This document shows, one piece after another, positions 1-12,740 of a stretch of DNA of 64,000 bases; position 1 is the first letter of the stretch; every line of letters starts with the position of its first letter. A program made the position numbers and the translations under genes. The stretch comes from Malacoraja senta (lineage: Eukaryota), in NCBI GenBank assembly GCA_038087875.1, contig JAXLNO010000415.1:1-64000 (forward strand). The letters run 5' to 3'. The notes beneath the pieces were generated by a model that was given only the letters and a program-made list of their open reading frames with translations, did no database searches and was not told where the DNA came from.

Positions 1-1915
1 GGACATTCGACCCATTCTTCCATCAGTCCTTGAAGATTTTAGGTAGACAAAAATGCTGGAGAAACTCAGCGGGAGCATCTATGGAGCGAAGGAAGATTTT
101 ATCCAGTTCCATGATGTCCAGCACCATCTGATGTATTGTGGACTGTTCAATATCTCCCGAGTGCCATCTTTAGGAGAATATCTATCTCTAAGAGATCAGA
201 TCTAAGCAACGGAACTCAAAGTGCTGGCATAACTCAGCGGCTCAGGCAGCATCTAGGGAGAAGATGGAAAGACCATGTCTTGGGTCGACATAGGCACGGT
301 GCCTCCCAGAGACCCGGGTTCGATCCTGACCACGGGTGCCGTCCGTACGGAGTTTGCACGTTCTCCCCGTGATCTGCGTGGGTTTTCTCCAGGATCTCCG
401 GTTTCCTCCCACACTCCAAAGACGTGCAGGTTTGTAGGTTAATTGGCTTCGGGTAAAATTGTAAATTGACCCAGGTGTGGAAGATAGTGCTGGTGTACGG
501 AGGGATCGCGGAGGGCCTGTTTCTGCGCTGTACCTCTGAAGTCTAAAGGGTAAAGAGACCTTTTTCCAGACTGATGTTTGGTTTACGACCATTCTTTGGA
601 TTGTGGTTTTGGGTCGAGACTCTTCTTCAGACTGACGTTTCGTGTCGACACCCTTCTTCAGACTGACGTTTCAGGTGGGGAGTTTAAGAAGGAACTGCAG
701 ATGCTGGAAAATCGAAGGTAGACAAAAATGCTGGAGAAACTCAGTGGGTGCAGCAGCATCTATGGAGCGAAGGAAATAGGCAACGTTTTTTTTGGGCCGA
801 AACCCTTCTTCAGACTGATGTAGGGTGGGGGGAGAAGAAAGGAAAAAGGAAGATGAGGAGCCCGAGGGCTGAGGGAGAGCTGAGGAGGGGAGGAGACAGC
901 AAGGGCTACCGGAAATTGGAGAATTCAATGTTTATGCCACTAGGGTGCAGACTGCCCAAGCGTTTCAGGTCGAGACCCTTCTACAGACTGATGTTTCATG
1001 TTAGGACCCACCTGTCCTGACCTGAAACATCTCCTGTCCATTCCCTCCACAGGTGCTGCCCGACCCGCTGAGTTCCTCCAGCACTTTGTGTTTTGCCCAA
1101 GGTCCCAGCATCTGCAGTTCCTCGTGTCCGGAGGTTACATCTACATCGGGCTCGCGGTGGGTAGAGCTGATGTCTAACAGCCCCGACCGCCCAGGTTCCA
1201 TCCTGACCTCCGGCCGGCAGTGCTGCCTGTGTGGAGTTTGCACGTACTACCTGGGATCCCAGAGAAATGGAATTAGACCGTTCGGCCCATCAAGTCTACT
1301 CCGCAATTCAATCATGGCTGATCTGCCTTTCAATAGACAATAGACAATAGGTGCAGCAGTAGGCCATTCGGCCCTTCGAGCCAGCACCGCCATTCAATTT
1401 GATCATGGCTGATCATCCCCAATCAGTACCCCGTTCCTGCCTTCTCCCCATATCCCTTGATTCCGTTAGCCCTAAGAGCTAAATCTAACTCTCTCTTGAA
1501 AACATCCAGTGAACCGGCCTCCACTGCCTTCTGTGGCAGAGAATTCCACAGATTCACAACTCTCTGGGTGAAAAAGTTTTTTTCCTCATCTCAGTCCTAA
1601 ATGGTCGACCCCTTATTCTTAAACTGTGTGACCCCTGGTTCTAGTCTCCCCCGACATCGGGAACATTTTTCCTGCTTCTAGCCTGTCCAATCTCTTAAGA
1701 ATGTTATATGTTTCCATATGATCCCATCTCATCCTTCTAAACTCCAGTGAATACAAGCCCAGTCGACCCATTCTTTCATCGTATGTCAGTCCTGCGTAAT
1801 GAAATAATGGGTGGACTGTGCTTGCATTGACTGGAGATGAGATGGATGATCGGAAGACTTTCCCACTCAATGGGAGGGAGGTTGGTTCGTGGCTAACGCT
1901 GGTTATATCCCGCAG

Positions 1916-2021
1916 GTCCACCCTCTGTTGCTTCGAGATCGACGGCACGAGCCCTCCTCGCGGTCTAAGCTTCTCCGACGGACAGTCAGCGTCCCCGTGG
2001 AAGGACGACACGCCGAGCAAG
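1916..2021 (+). CDS. syngap1: SynGAP1 (synaptic Ras GTPase-activating protein 1) coding exon, equivalent to mammalian exon 3
   Basis: Translates [35 protein letters not shown], matching remembered human [35 protein letters not shown]. Acceptor cgcag|, branch-like ctaac about 20 nt upstream, donor AAG|gtaaga. 106 nt, phase 0 to 1. Confidence 0.93.
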
Positions 2022-3304
2022 GTAAGACCCCCATCCCCTCCCATCCCCACCCCCCCGCAATGTCTAGTGATGTCCCCAGCAATCACACCTGGGTCTTGTC
2101 TCAAATGATCCGTCTATAGTTTAGAGATACAGGGCGGCAACAGGCCCTTCGGCCCACCGGGTCCGTGCTGACCAGCGATCCCCGCACACTAACGCTATCC
2201 TACACACACTGGGGACAATGTTTACACTTCGACCAAGCCACTTAACCTACAAACCTGTACGTCTTTGGAGTGTGGGAGGAAACCGAAGATCTCGGAGAAA
2301 ACCCACGCAGGTCACAGGGAGAACATGCAAACTCCGTACAGACAGCACCCGTAGTCGGGATCGAACCCAGCGCTGTAAGACAGCAACTCTACCACTGCGC
2401 CACCGTGCCACCCTGATGATTTGCGTTCGATTAAGTAAGAGGTTTGCCAGAACGATCTCGGGGATGGGTAGGTTAAGTGATAGGAGCAGCATTAGAGGCC
2501 ATTCGGCCCATCAAGTCTACTCCGCCATTCAATCATGGCTGATCTATCTCTCCCTCCCAACCCCATTCTCCTGCCTTCTCCCCATAACCCCTGACACCCG
2601 TACTAATCAAGAATCTATCTATCTCTGCCTTAAATATATCCACTGACTTGTGGCCTCCACAGCCGTCTGTGGCAAAGAATTCCACAGATTCACCACCCGG
2701 GTTGACGTACGATGAGCGTTTGTCGGCACTGGGCCTGTACTCGCTGGAGTTTAGAAGAATGAAGGGGGGGGACCTCATTGAAACTTACCGAATGGTGAAA
2801 GGCCTTGGATAGAGTGGACGTGGAGAGGATGTTTCCACTGGTGGGAGAGTCTAGGACTAGAGGGCACAGCCTCAGAATTAAAGGACGTTCCTTTCGGAAG
2901 GAGATGAGAAGGAATTTCTTTAGTCAGAGGGTGGTGAATCTGTGGGATTCATTGCCGCAGAAGGGGGTGGAAGCCAAGGCAAGGAGGAGGGGGGGGGGTT
3001 GGGCACCAAGGGGTCTGGGCAGGAGCCGAGGTGCGGGGGGAGCAGGCAGAGGCCGAGGAGGGGCCGGACCTGGCGGGGCAGATAGAGGGGAGAGGATGGG
3101 GAGAGGGAGAGGGTGGGGGAGAGAAAGGGGAGAGGGGGAGGGAGGGTGGGGGAAAGAGAGGGAGAGAGGGTCAGAGGTGAGGGGGCTGAGAGGGAGGGAG
3201 AAGGAGAGGGTGGGGGAGAGTGGAAGGGGGTGGTAGGGACCCTGGGCAGGTCTGTTGGGACCCACACATGGTGGGGCGGTGGGGTGTGCCATTAGCTGCA
3301 TAAA

Positions 3305-3832
<528 letters not shown>

Positions 3833-3999
3833 CACCTGAGGTCGGGATCGAACCCTGGGTCTCTGGCCCTGTGAGGCAGCAGCTCTACCCGCTGCGCGAC
3901 TCTTCTACCCGTGTGTGGAGATCCCAAGCCAGGAGAAGAGGCCCTTCAGCCCATCATGTCCATGTCCATTCTGCCCATCAAAGCCCCAAATCCCATTCC

Positions 4000-5000
4000 C
4001 AGCTGAATGGTCCATGAAAGCCGCGTTTGCTTCGATCCGGATTAGCAGCGTAGGCACGGTTGCCCCTAGCAACCGCAAACACCGTCGAAAAAACAATCTC
4101 CTCCCCACAAACACAGAGGAATATGAGGCAAAAACTGCTGCTGCACTGGAAGCATAGAAGCATAGAAACATAGACAATAGGTGCAGGAGTAGGCCATTCG
4201 GCCCTTCGAGCCAATATGATCACGACTGATCATCCCCAATCAGTTCCACGTTCCTGCCTTCTCCCCATATCCCTTGATTCCATTAGCCCCAAGAGCTAAA
4301 TCTAACTCCCTCTTGAAAACATCCAGTGAATTGCCCTCCTCTGTCTTCTGAGGCAGAGAATTCCACAGATTCACAACTCTCTGGGTGAAAACGTTTTTCC
4401 TCATCTCAGTCCAAAATGGCCGACCCCTTGTTCTTAAACTGTGTGACCCCTGGTTCTGGACTCCCCCAACATCGGGAACATTTTTCCCTGCATCAAGCCT
4501 GTCCAATCCTTTCAGAATTTTATACGTTTCTATAAGATAACCTCTCATCCTTCTAAACTCCAGTGAATACAAGCCCAGTCGACCCATTCTTTCATCACAC
4601 GGAGGTCAAAAGTCGACCTTTTTTATCAACGGTTCATAATTAGGCAGCTCCCTTTCATGGTATCAAAGCCAGCTAATACGCCCAGCGCACGTCACCATGG
4701 AAACGGCTCTGAAACACAGGCACACTGGGTTTTTTTTTAGTGTGTGTTGTCATGGTGAGATAATTCATTTTTTCTCCCCCCCCTTCCCCATCTACAATCT
4801 CAGCCGATTCAATCCTTTATTCAGCTGTTTCCACGATGACAAAGCAGCCATTCAAGAGAGCTAATTAATATTAAGGGTCTAATCTGCAGAGAAGAGATGT
4901 AATTTTCTTCAAAGCTACAGGGCAGGAGAACACATTTGTAAAATGATTTCAATGGCAACGTGCCCAATTGCATTCCTGTAAACACTTCAACGCAAATTAG
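4000..5000. promoter_or_regulatory. Candidate enhancer with RFX X-box cluster (split by a CR1)
   Basis: GTTGCCCCTAGCAAC 4059-73 and GTCACCATGGAAAC 4691-704, with weaker copies at 4746-59 and 4827-40. Confidence 0.4.
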
Positions 5001-5271
5001 TTTAACCACCGAGTCCGCGCCGACCAGCGATCCCCGCACATTAACACCATCCTACAGGCACTAGGGACCATTTTACATTTACACCAAGCCAATTAACCTG
5101 CAAACCCGTACGTCTTTGGAGTGTGGAAGGAAACCAAAGATCCCGGAGAAAACCCGCGCAGGTCACGGGGAGAACGTGCAAACTCCGTACAGACAGCGCC
5201 CGTAGCCAGGATGGAACCCGGGTCTCTGGCGCCGTGAGGCGGCGGCCTTTACCCGCTGCACTGCACACCCG

Positions 5272-5996
5272 TTGTGTGCAATTGTGATTGTGTATTTGTG
5301 TGTGTTTGTAAGTGTGTATTTGTGTAAGTGTGTGTGCGGGAGTGTGTGTATGTATATTTGTGTGTGTGTGTATTTGTGTGTGTGTGTGTATTTGTGTGTG
5401 TGTGTGTATTTGTGTGTGTGTGTGTGCATGTGTGTTTATTTTTGTGTGTGTGTATATATTTATGTGAGTGTATATTTGTGTGTGTATTTGTGTGTGTGTG
5501 AGTGAGTGAGTGTGTGTGAGTGAGTGTGTGTGTATTTGTGTGAGCGGGAGTGTGGGTGTGTGTTTGTTTATGTGTGTGAGTGTGTATGTATTTATGTGTG
5601 TGTATGTGTGTATTTGTGAATGTGTATTTGTGTGTATTTGAGTGTGTGTGAGTTAGTGTGTGTATTTGTGTGCGTGGGTGTGTGTTTGTTTATGAGTGTG
5701 TGTGTGTCTGTGTGAGTGTGTATTCGTGTGTGTGTATGTGTGTGTGTGTGTATTTGTGTGTGTGTGTGTGTATTTGTGTGTGTGTCTGTGTGAGAGTGTA
5801 TTTGTGTGAGAGTGTGTGTGGGAGTGAGTGAGTGTGTGTGTATTTGTGTGTGTGAGTGTGTGTTTGTTTATGAGTGTGTGTGTGTGTGTCTGTGTGAGTG
5901 TGTATTTGTGTGTGTGTGGGAGTGCGTGTGTGTATTTGTGTGTGTGGGTGTGTGTTTGTTTATGTGTGTGTATCTGTGCGTGTGTGTGAGTGTGTA
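5272..5996. repeat. Degenerate (TG)n microsatellite
   Basis: Direct reading. Confidence 0.95.
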
Positions 5997-6289
5997 CCAA
6001 GTGCGGAGTTTGCATGTTCTCCCTGTGACCGTGTGGGTTTTTTCCGGGTGCTCCAGATTCCCCCCCCCCCATCCCAAACACGTGCGGGTCTGTAGGTTAA
6101 TTGTCCCTCTGTAAAGTGCGCCCTGTGTGTGGGTGAGGGGGTAGAATCAGTGGGAGTTGATGTGCATGTGACAATAATAAAAAGATGGAATTAATACGAG
6201 TGTGTGGCTGGTAGTTGGTGTGGGCTGGAGGTCCTGTTTCCATGGAGCTTTGACAAACGATCTTTGGCTTGAAATAGTACCTCTGCTCC

Positions 6290-6962
6290 ACTCCCATGCA
6301 TCACAGCTTGCTTTGGGAACAGCTCCATCCACGACCGCAAGAAATCGCAGCGAATTGTGGACGCAGCCCAGACCTTCACACAAACCAACCTCCCTCCCAC
6401 TGACTCCATCCACACCTCACGCTGCCTCGGCAAGGCCAGCAGCCCAGACCATCACACAAACCAACCTCCCTTCCACTGACTCCATCCACACCTCACGCTA
6501 CCTCAGCAAGGCCAGCAGCCCAGACCTTCACACAAACCAACCTCCCTTCCACTGACTCCATCCACACCTCACGCTGCCTCGGCAAGGCCAGCAGCATATT
6601 CAAGGACCAGTCTCACCCCGGCCACTCCCTCTTCTCCCCTCTCCCATCGGGCAAGAGGTACAGAAGTGTGAAAACGCACACCTCCAGATTCAGAGACAGT
6701 TTCTTCCCAGCTGTTATCAGGCAACTGAACCATCCTACCACAACCAGAGAGCAGTGCTGAACGACTATCTACCTCATTGGAGACCCTCGGACTATCCTTG
6801 ATCGGACATTACCTTGCACTATACATTATTCCCTTATCATCATGTATCTGTACACTGTGGATGGCTCGATTATAATCATATATTGTCTTTCCGCTGACTG
6901 GTTAGCACGCAACAGAAGCTTTTCACCGTACCTTGGTACACGTGACAATAAACTGAACTGAA
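6290..6962 (+). mobile_element. Rex1/Babar-like LINE 3' end with internal 76-bp tandem repeat
   Basis: HPGHSLFSPLPSGKRYRSVKTHTSRFRDSFFP motif; (ACTGA)n tail. Relatives near 16975-17640(-), 39100-39630(+), 49120-49415(-), 53190-53640(-), 58500-59200. Confidence 0.75.
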
Positions 6963-7533
6963 CCTCTCCAGATTTGGTCTGACCTGCTGAGTGTCGCCAG
7001 CATTTTCTGTTTGTATTTCAATACCACAGTTAAGTGCACATTAGGTAACATTCCTGTGTGATGCAGGAGTTGAGTATTGATGCCGAGATGCTCGGGGCTG
7101 GGTATAAGACGTAGCATTAATTGGGCGGCACGGTGGCGCAGCGGTAGAGTTGCTGCCTCACAGTGCCAGAGACCCGGGTTCGATCCTGACTACGGGCGCT
7201 GTCTGTACCTTCTCCCCCGTGACCCGCGTGGGTTTTCTCCGGGTGCTCCGGTTTCCTCCCACACTACAAAGACCTCCAGGCTTGTCGGTTAATTGGCTTC
7301 CGCAAATTGCACCGAACATTTAGGGTAGAACTAGCGTACGGGGTGATCGCTGGTTGACAGGGACTCGGTGGGCCGAAGGGCCTGTTGCCACATTCTATCT
7401 CTAAACTAAACTAACCTTAACTAAACTAATTGTGTGGGAAGGAACTGCAGACGCTGGTTTAAACCGAAGATAGACATAAAACGCTGGAGTAACTCAGCGG
7501 GACAGGCAGCATCTCTGGAGAGAAGGAATGGGT

Positions 7534-7561
7534 GACGTTTCGGGTCGAGACCCTTCATCAG
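7534..7561 (-). ncRNA. Minimal hammerhead-ribozyme-like core in a Penelope-like terminal repeat (representative copy)
   Basis: Minus strand reads CUGAUGA-A-GGGUC-UC-GACCC-GAAA-CG-UC. Confidence 0.55.
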
Positions 7562-7932
7562 AAAGGCCATTCCTTCTCTTATTCCAGCTTTTTGTGTTGT
7601 CCCTTGTACCTTGCGAAGATGGAAATTGGACAATTTTATATTGGACAATTTTTTTACATTTATCAAGTCAATTAACCAAGCCAATTCACCTACAAACCTG
7701 CACGTCTTTGCAGTGTGGGAGGAAACCGAAGATCTCGGAAAAATCCCACGCAGGTCACGGGAAGAACGTACAAACTCCGTACAGACAGCACCCGTAGTCG
7801 GGATCGAACCCGGGTCTCCAGGAGCTGCATTTTGCTGCAAGGCAGCAACTCTACCGCTGCGCCACTGTTAACTAAACTAATTTACAGGCGTGAAATAACA
7901 CACAGTTTATTAAGTCAAGTCAAGTCAAGTCT

Positions 7933-8750
7933 AATGTGGATAAATGTGAGGTTATCCACTTTGGTGGCAAAAACAGGAAAGCAGACTATTATCTGAATGG
8001 TGGCCGATTAGGAAAAGGGGAGATGCAGCGAGACCTGGGTGTCATGGTACACCAGTCATTGAAAGTAGGCATGCAGGTGCAGCAGGCAGTGAAGAAAGCG
8101 AATGGTATGTTAGCTTTCATAGCAAAATGATTTGAGTATAGGAGCAGGGAGGTTCTACTGCAGTTGTACAGGGTCTTGGTGAGACCACACCTGGTGTATT
8201 GCGTACAGTTTTGGTCTCCAAATCTGAGGAAGGACATTATAGCCATAGAGGGAGTGCAGAGAAGGTTCACCAGACTGATTCCTGGGATGTCAGGACTTTC
8301 ATATGAAGAAAGGCTGGATAGACTTGGCTTATACTCGCTAGAATTTAGGAGATTGAGAGGGGATCTTATAGAAACGTACAAAATTCTTATGGGGTTGGAC
8401 AGGCTAGATGCATGAAGATTGTTCCCGATGTTGGGGAAGTCCAGGACAAGGGGTCACAGCTTAAGGATAAGGGGGAAATCCTTTAAGACCGAGATGAGAA
8501 AAAACCTTTTCACACAGAGAGTGGTGAATCTCTGGAACTCTCTGCCACAGAGGGTAGTTGAGGCCAGTTCATTGGCTATATTTAAGAGGGAGTTAGATGT
8601 GGCCCTTGTGGCTAAAGGGATCAGGGGGTATGGAGAGAAGGCAGGTACGGGATACTGAGTTGGATGATCAGCCATGATCATATTGAATGGCGGTGCAGGC
8701 TCGAAGGGCCGAATGGCCTACTCCTGCACCTATTTTCTATGTATCTATCT
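7933..8750 (+). mobile_element. CR1 LINE 3' fragment (young subfamily) inserted in an L2 tail
   Basis: Near-identical to 29581-30400; flanked by (AAGTC)n L2 tail pieces. Confidence 0.9.
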
Positions 8751-9589
8751 AAGTCACATTTATTTATATAGCACATTTAAAAAACAACTCTCGTTGGCCA
8801 AAGTGCTTTACATTTGTTATAAGAATAGCACAACAAAACAAACTACATACATATATACATGTAGCCCTCACTCACAGGACGTCAGGAGGATTAAGGGGGA
8901 ACAATAGTCTGTATATTAGTTTAGTTTAGTTTAGAGATACAGCGCGGAAACTGGCCCTGCGGCCCACCAAGTCCGCACCGCCCAGCGATCCCCGCACACT
9001 GACACTATCCTACACTAGGGACAATTTCCATTTAAGACAATTAACCTGCAAACCACACCTTTGGAGTGTGGGAGGAAACCGAAGATCTCGGAAAAAAACC
9101 ACGTCATGTAATGTATAAGGCAGGTAAAACGGCCCTGTATGTGAAGGTGCACAGTTCCTTGTACTCCTAGATCTCTCTGCTCTACAACACTCCCCAGAGG
9201 CCAGACCATTCACTGTGTAGGTCCTGCCCATGTTAGACGTCCCAAAAAATGCAACACCTCACATTTCTCCGTGTTGAACTCCATCAACCATTCCTCAGCC
9301 CACCTGGCCAACCGATCCGGATGCTCCTGCAATTTTCCGCAACCATCCTCGCTATCTGCAAAAAACGCCCACTTTTGTATCATCTGCCCAACTTGCTAAT
9401 CTGGCCGGTACACAAAAATGCTGGAGAAACTCAGCGGGTGCAGCAGCATCTATGGAGCGAAGGAAATAGGCAACGTTTCGGGCCGAAACCCTTCTTCAGA
9501 CTCGGGCCATTGCGTGTTCTCATCCAAATCGTTGATGTAGATGACAAACAGTAACGGGCCCAGCTCCGCACCCTGAGGCACGCCACTAG

Positions 9590-12054
9590 CAGGGCTGCCA
9601 ACTCTCACGCAGTGAGCGTGAGACTCACGCATTTGACGAAGTTCTCACGCTCTCACGTTGATGACAGAAGTTCTCGCGCTCGAATTGTTTTTTTTTTAAT
9701 ACATAAATAAATAAATAAAGTCACACTCCTCCACACTCACCAATGAGAATAGTTTTCTGTCGGCGGGTTTCCCTTAAGCCCATCGCATACTATTTAAAAT
9801 GGCAATATAGACAAAAATGCTGGAGAAACTCAGCGGGTGAGGCAGCGTCTGAGTCTGACCCTTCTTCAGACTCAAGCATTTCTCCAGCATTTTTGTCTAC
9901 CGCTCTATAGATGCTGCCTCACCCGCGTTCACATTCCCGTGCGGATGGTGTGATAGGTGAGACACGGCGGTGGTCCCAGCCCCGAGGCACCGCTCACGCC
10001 TCCCACCCTCACCTCCGGCGGCTCTGTGTCCGTCGGCCGCTCTGTCCACACCGCATGGAGTTTTAACCCCGGCCAGGAGCCAGGAGCGGACCGGGTGAGT
10101 GGGGGGCGTCTCCGGAGCCGCGGGGATGAATCTCGGGCTAAGGCTCCGCTCCGATGCCCGACCCCCGGGTCACTGACCCTCACCTCCCCTGGACACCCGG
10201 GTCACTGACCCACACCTCCCCCGGACCCCAGCTGGACACAGAGCACCTGGGCCGGCCCGCATTCCCGGGGAGGGGGGGAGAGAGGGAAATGCTGCCCAGA
10301 CATCGCCAAGTCTCCGCTCACTCCGGGTGTTGTCGCCGCTTCACTGACACACACACACACAACCTAACACACACCCTTACACACACCCTTACACACACAC
10401 TGACACACGTAATGTTTAAAGGGAGATGGGCCAAATGCGGATAAATGGGACTAGTTTAGATGGGGCATCTTGATCTGCATGGACAAGTTGGGATGAAGAG
10501 CCTGTTTCCATGCTGTAAGACTATGACACACTGTAGAAAGGGTGCAATTGCTCGGGAGAGGATCCAGGGGTGATTTATGAACATATTGGCGGGGCTGGAA
10601 TTTTTTTCTCACTTTGAAGAAAGATTTGATAACTGGGATTGTAATCTCTGCAGCAACGGAGGTGAAGAAAATACTTGGTGGTACACAAAAATGCTGGAGA
10701 AACTCAGCGGGTGCAGCAGCATCTATGGAGCGAAGGAAATAGGTAACGTTTCGGGCCGAAACCCTTCTTCAGGCCCGAAACGTTACCTATTTCCTTCGCT
10801 CCATAGATGCTGCTGCACCCGCTGAGCTTCTCCAGCATTTTTGTGTACCTTCGATTTTCCAGCATCTGCAGTTCCTTCTTTAACACTGAAGAAAATACTT
10901 AGTTGAGGTGAACAATATTATGAGAATAGGGTCTGTTTCACTTAACAAAGAGTGTAGGAAGGAACTGCAGATGGTGGTTTAATCTGAAGATAGACACTAA
11001 AAGCTGGAATAACTCAGCAGGACAGGCAGCATCTCTGGAGAGAAAGAATAGGTGATGTTTCGGTTCGAGGCCTTCAGACTGAAGAGGTTGAAAACCAGCC
11101 ATAAAACACAATGACTGGAGATGTGTGTTATCCAACTAGGGGCAGAAATCAGAATCATGTGTTCTTCTTTATTGACGTGACACCATAATAAATATATTAC
11201 AGAAATTAATGGGGTGGCACGGTGGAGCAGCGGTAGAGTTGCTGCCTTGCAGCACCACAGACCCAGATTTGATCCTGACTACGGGCCGCTGTCTGTATAG
11301 TATTTGTACATTCTCCCTATGACCACATGGGCTTTCTCAGGATATTCCGGTTTCTCCCACATCTGAAAGAAGTGAAGGTTTGTAGGTTAATTGGCTTCTG
11401 TAAATTGTCCCTGGCATGTAGGATACAACTGGTGTGTGGTAGATTGCTGATCGGTGTGGGCTGAAGGGCCTGTTTCCATATATAAATGTTTTACATATAT
11501 ATCTTAATTTCATTGAACCATATACAGTTGAATATGTGGCATTATTTTCGTCTTGTTTCTATAGTCAAAGGGTAAGGTTGATTGATTTATTTGTGCAGAA
11601 CAGTGATGGAAGTCTGACTCCTCTTGCCTTGTTTCTATGTTTTTGTTTCTCTATATATATGCATAACAGCATGAATTATAATCTGATTTCCATACATGAA
11701 TATACTAAGGTCATTCATGTGCTGCACCTGTTGATCAGAGCCTGGCTCTACTGTGGAATGTAATTAGGAATGTAATTTAGCCTAACCTTATTCATACCTA
11801 ATCCAATTTGAAGCATAAATGTTGCATTCAAGTATAAGTTAAAAGACTTGCTACAGTATGCACCAGATTGCACAATTTCATGCTGAAATATGTAAAAGAT
11901 CCCTACCGTGGGAGGGGGAACACGGTAGGGAGCTTTTGCCACACCTCCTCCCACACCCTCCTCCCACACCCTCCTCCCACACCCTCCCCCCCTCAGTCGC
12001 TACACTCCCTCACAATTTCTCACTCTCAACTCTCACCCAATGTTGGCAGCGCTG
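9590..12054. mobile_element. Non-autonomous TIR DNA transposon (hAT-like ends) inserted in a CR1
   Basis: TIR CAGGGCTGCCAAC / GTTGGCAGCGCTG; duplicated CCACTAG at 9583-89 and 12055-61; subterminal CTCAC(GC) repeats; flanks rejoin as CR1 RT ...SEWRPLTSG|VPQGAELGPLLF on the minus strand. Confidence 0.8.
10677..10886. mobile_element. Penelope-like terminal-repeat-only insertion with inverted copy
   Basis: 14-bp TSD TGAAGAAAATACTT (10663-76, 10887-900); internal inverted repeat of about 77 bp. Confidence 0.8.
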
Positions 12055-12712
12055 CCACTAGTCAAAGGCCTCCATTCCGAGAAGCGACCATTCACCATCA
12101 CCCTCTGCTTCCATTCATGGAGCCAATTTTCTATCTGTGTGTGTCTGTGTATATAGAAACATAGAAACATAGAAAATCGGTGCAGGAGGAGGCCATTCGA
12201 CCCCTCGAGCCAGTACCGCCATTCATTGTGATCATGGCTGATCGTCCCCAATCAATAACCCGTGCCTGCCTTCTCCCCATATCCCTTGACTCCACTAGCC
12301 CCCTAGAGCTCTACCTAACTCGCTCTTAAATCCATCCAGTGACTTGGCCTCCACTGCCCTCTGTGGCAGGGAATTCCACAAATTCACAACTCTCTGGGTG
12401 AAAACGTTTTTTCTCACCTCAGTCTTAAATGGCCTCCCCTTTATTCTAAGACTGTGGCCCCTGGTTCTGGACTCGCCCAACATTGGGAACATTTTTCCTG
12501 CATCTAGCTTGTCCAGTCCTTTTATAATTTTATATGTATCTATAAGATTCCCCCTCATCCTTCCAAGTTTTTTCTCACCTCATATATACATCATACACAC
12601 ACAATCTATGTGGGAAAGAACTGCAGATGCTGGTTTAAATCGAAGGTAGACACAAAATGCTGGAGTAACTCAGCGGGACAGGCAGCAGCATCTCTGGTGA
12701 GAAAGAATGGGT

Positions 12713-12740
12713 GACGTTTCGGGTCGAGACCCTTCTTCAG
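12713..12740 (-). ncRNA. Minimal hammerhead-ribozyme-like core (representative copy)
   Basis: Minus strand reads CUGAAGA-A-GGGUC-UC-GACCC-GAAA-CG-UC. Confidence 0.55.

Noticed and set aside
1818..2119. ORF-track proteins of 96 aa and 76 aa as whole genes
   Set aside because: Only 1916-2021 of the 76-aa frame matches SynGAP1, and it is bounded by splice sites
9957..10094. Coding syngap1 exon ending at the 10094 donor
   Set aside because: The open frame is phase 0 and the phase-1 ATG (10055) stops after three codons; it lies inside a transposon, so it is kept only as a possible non-coding exon
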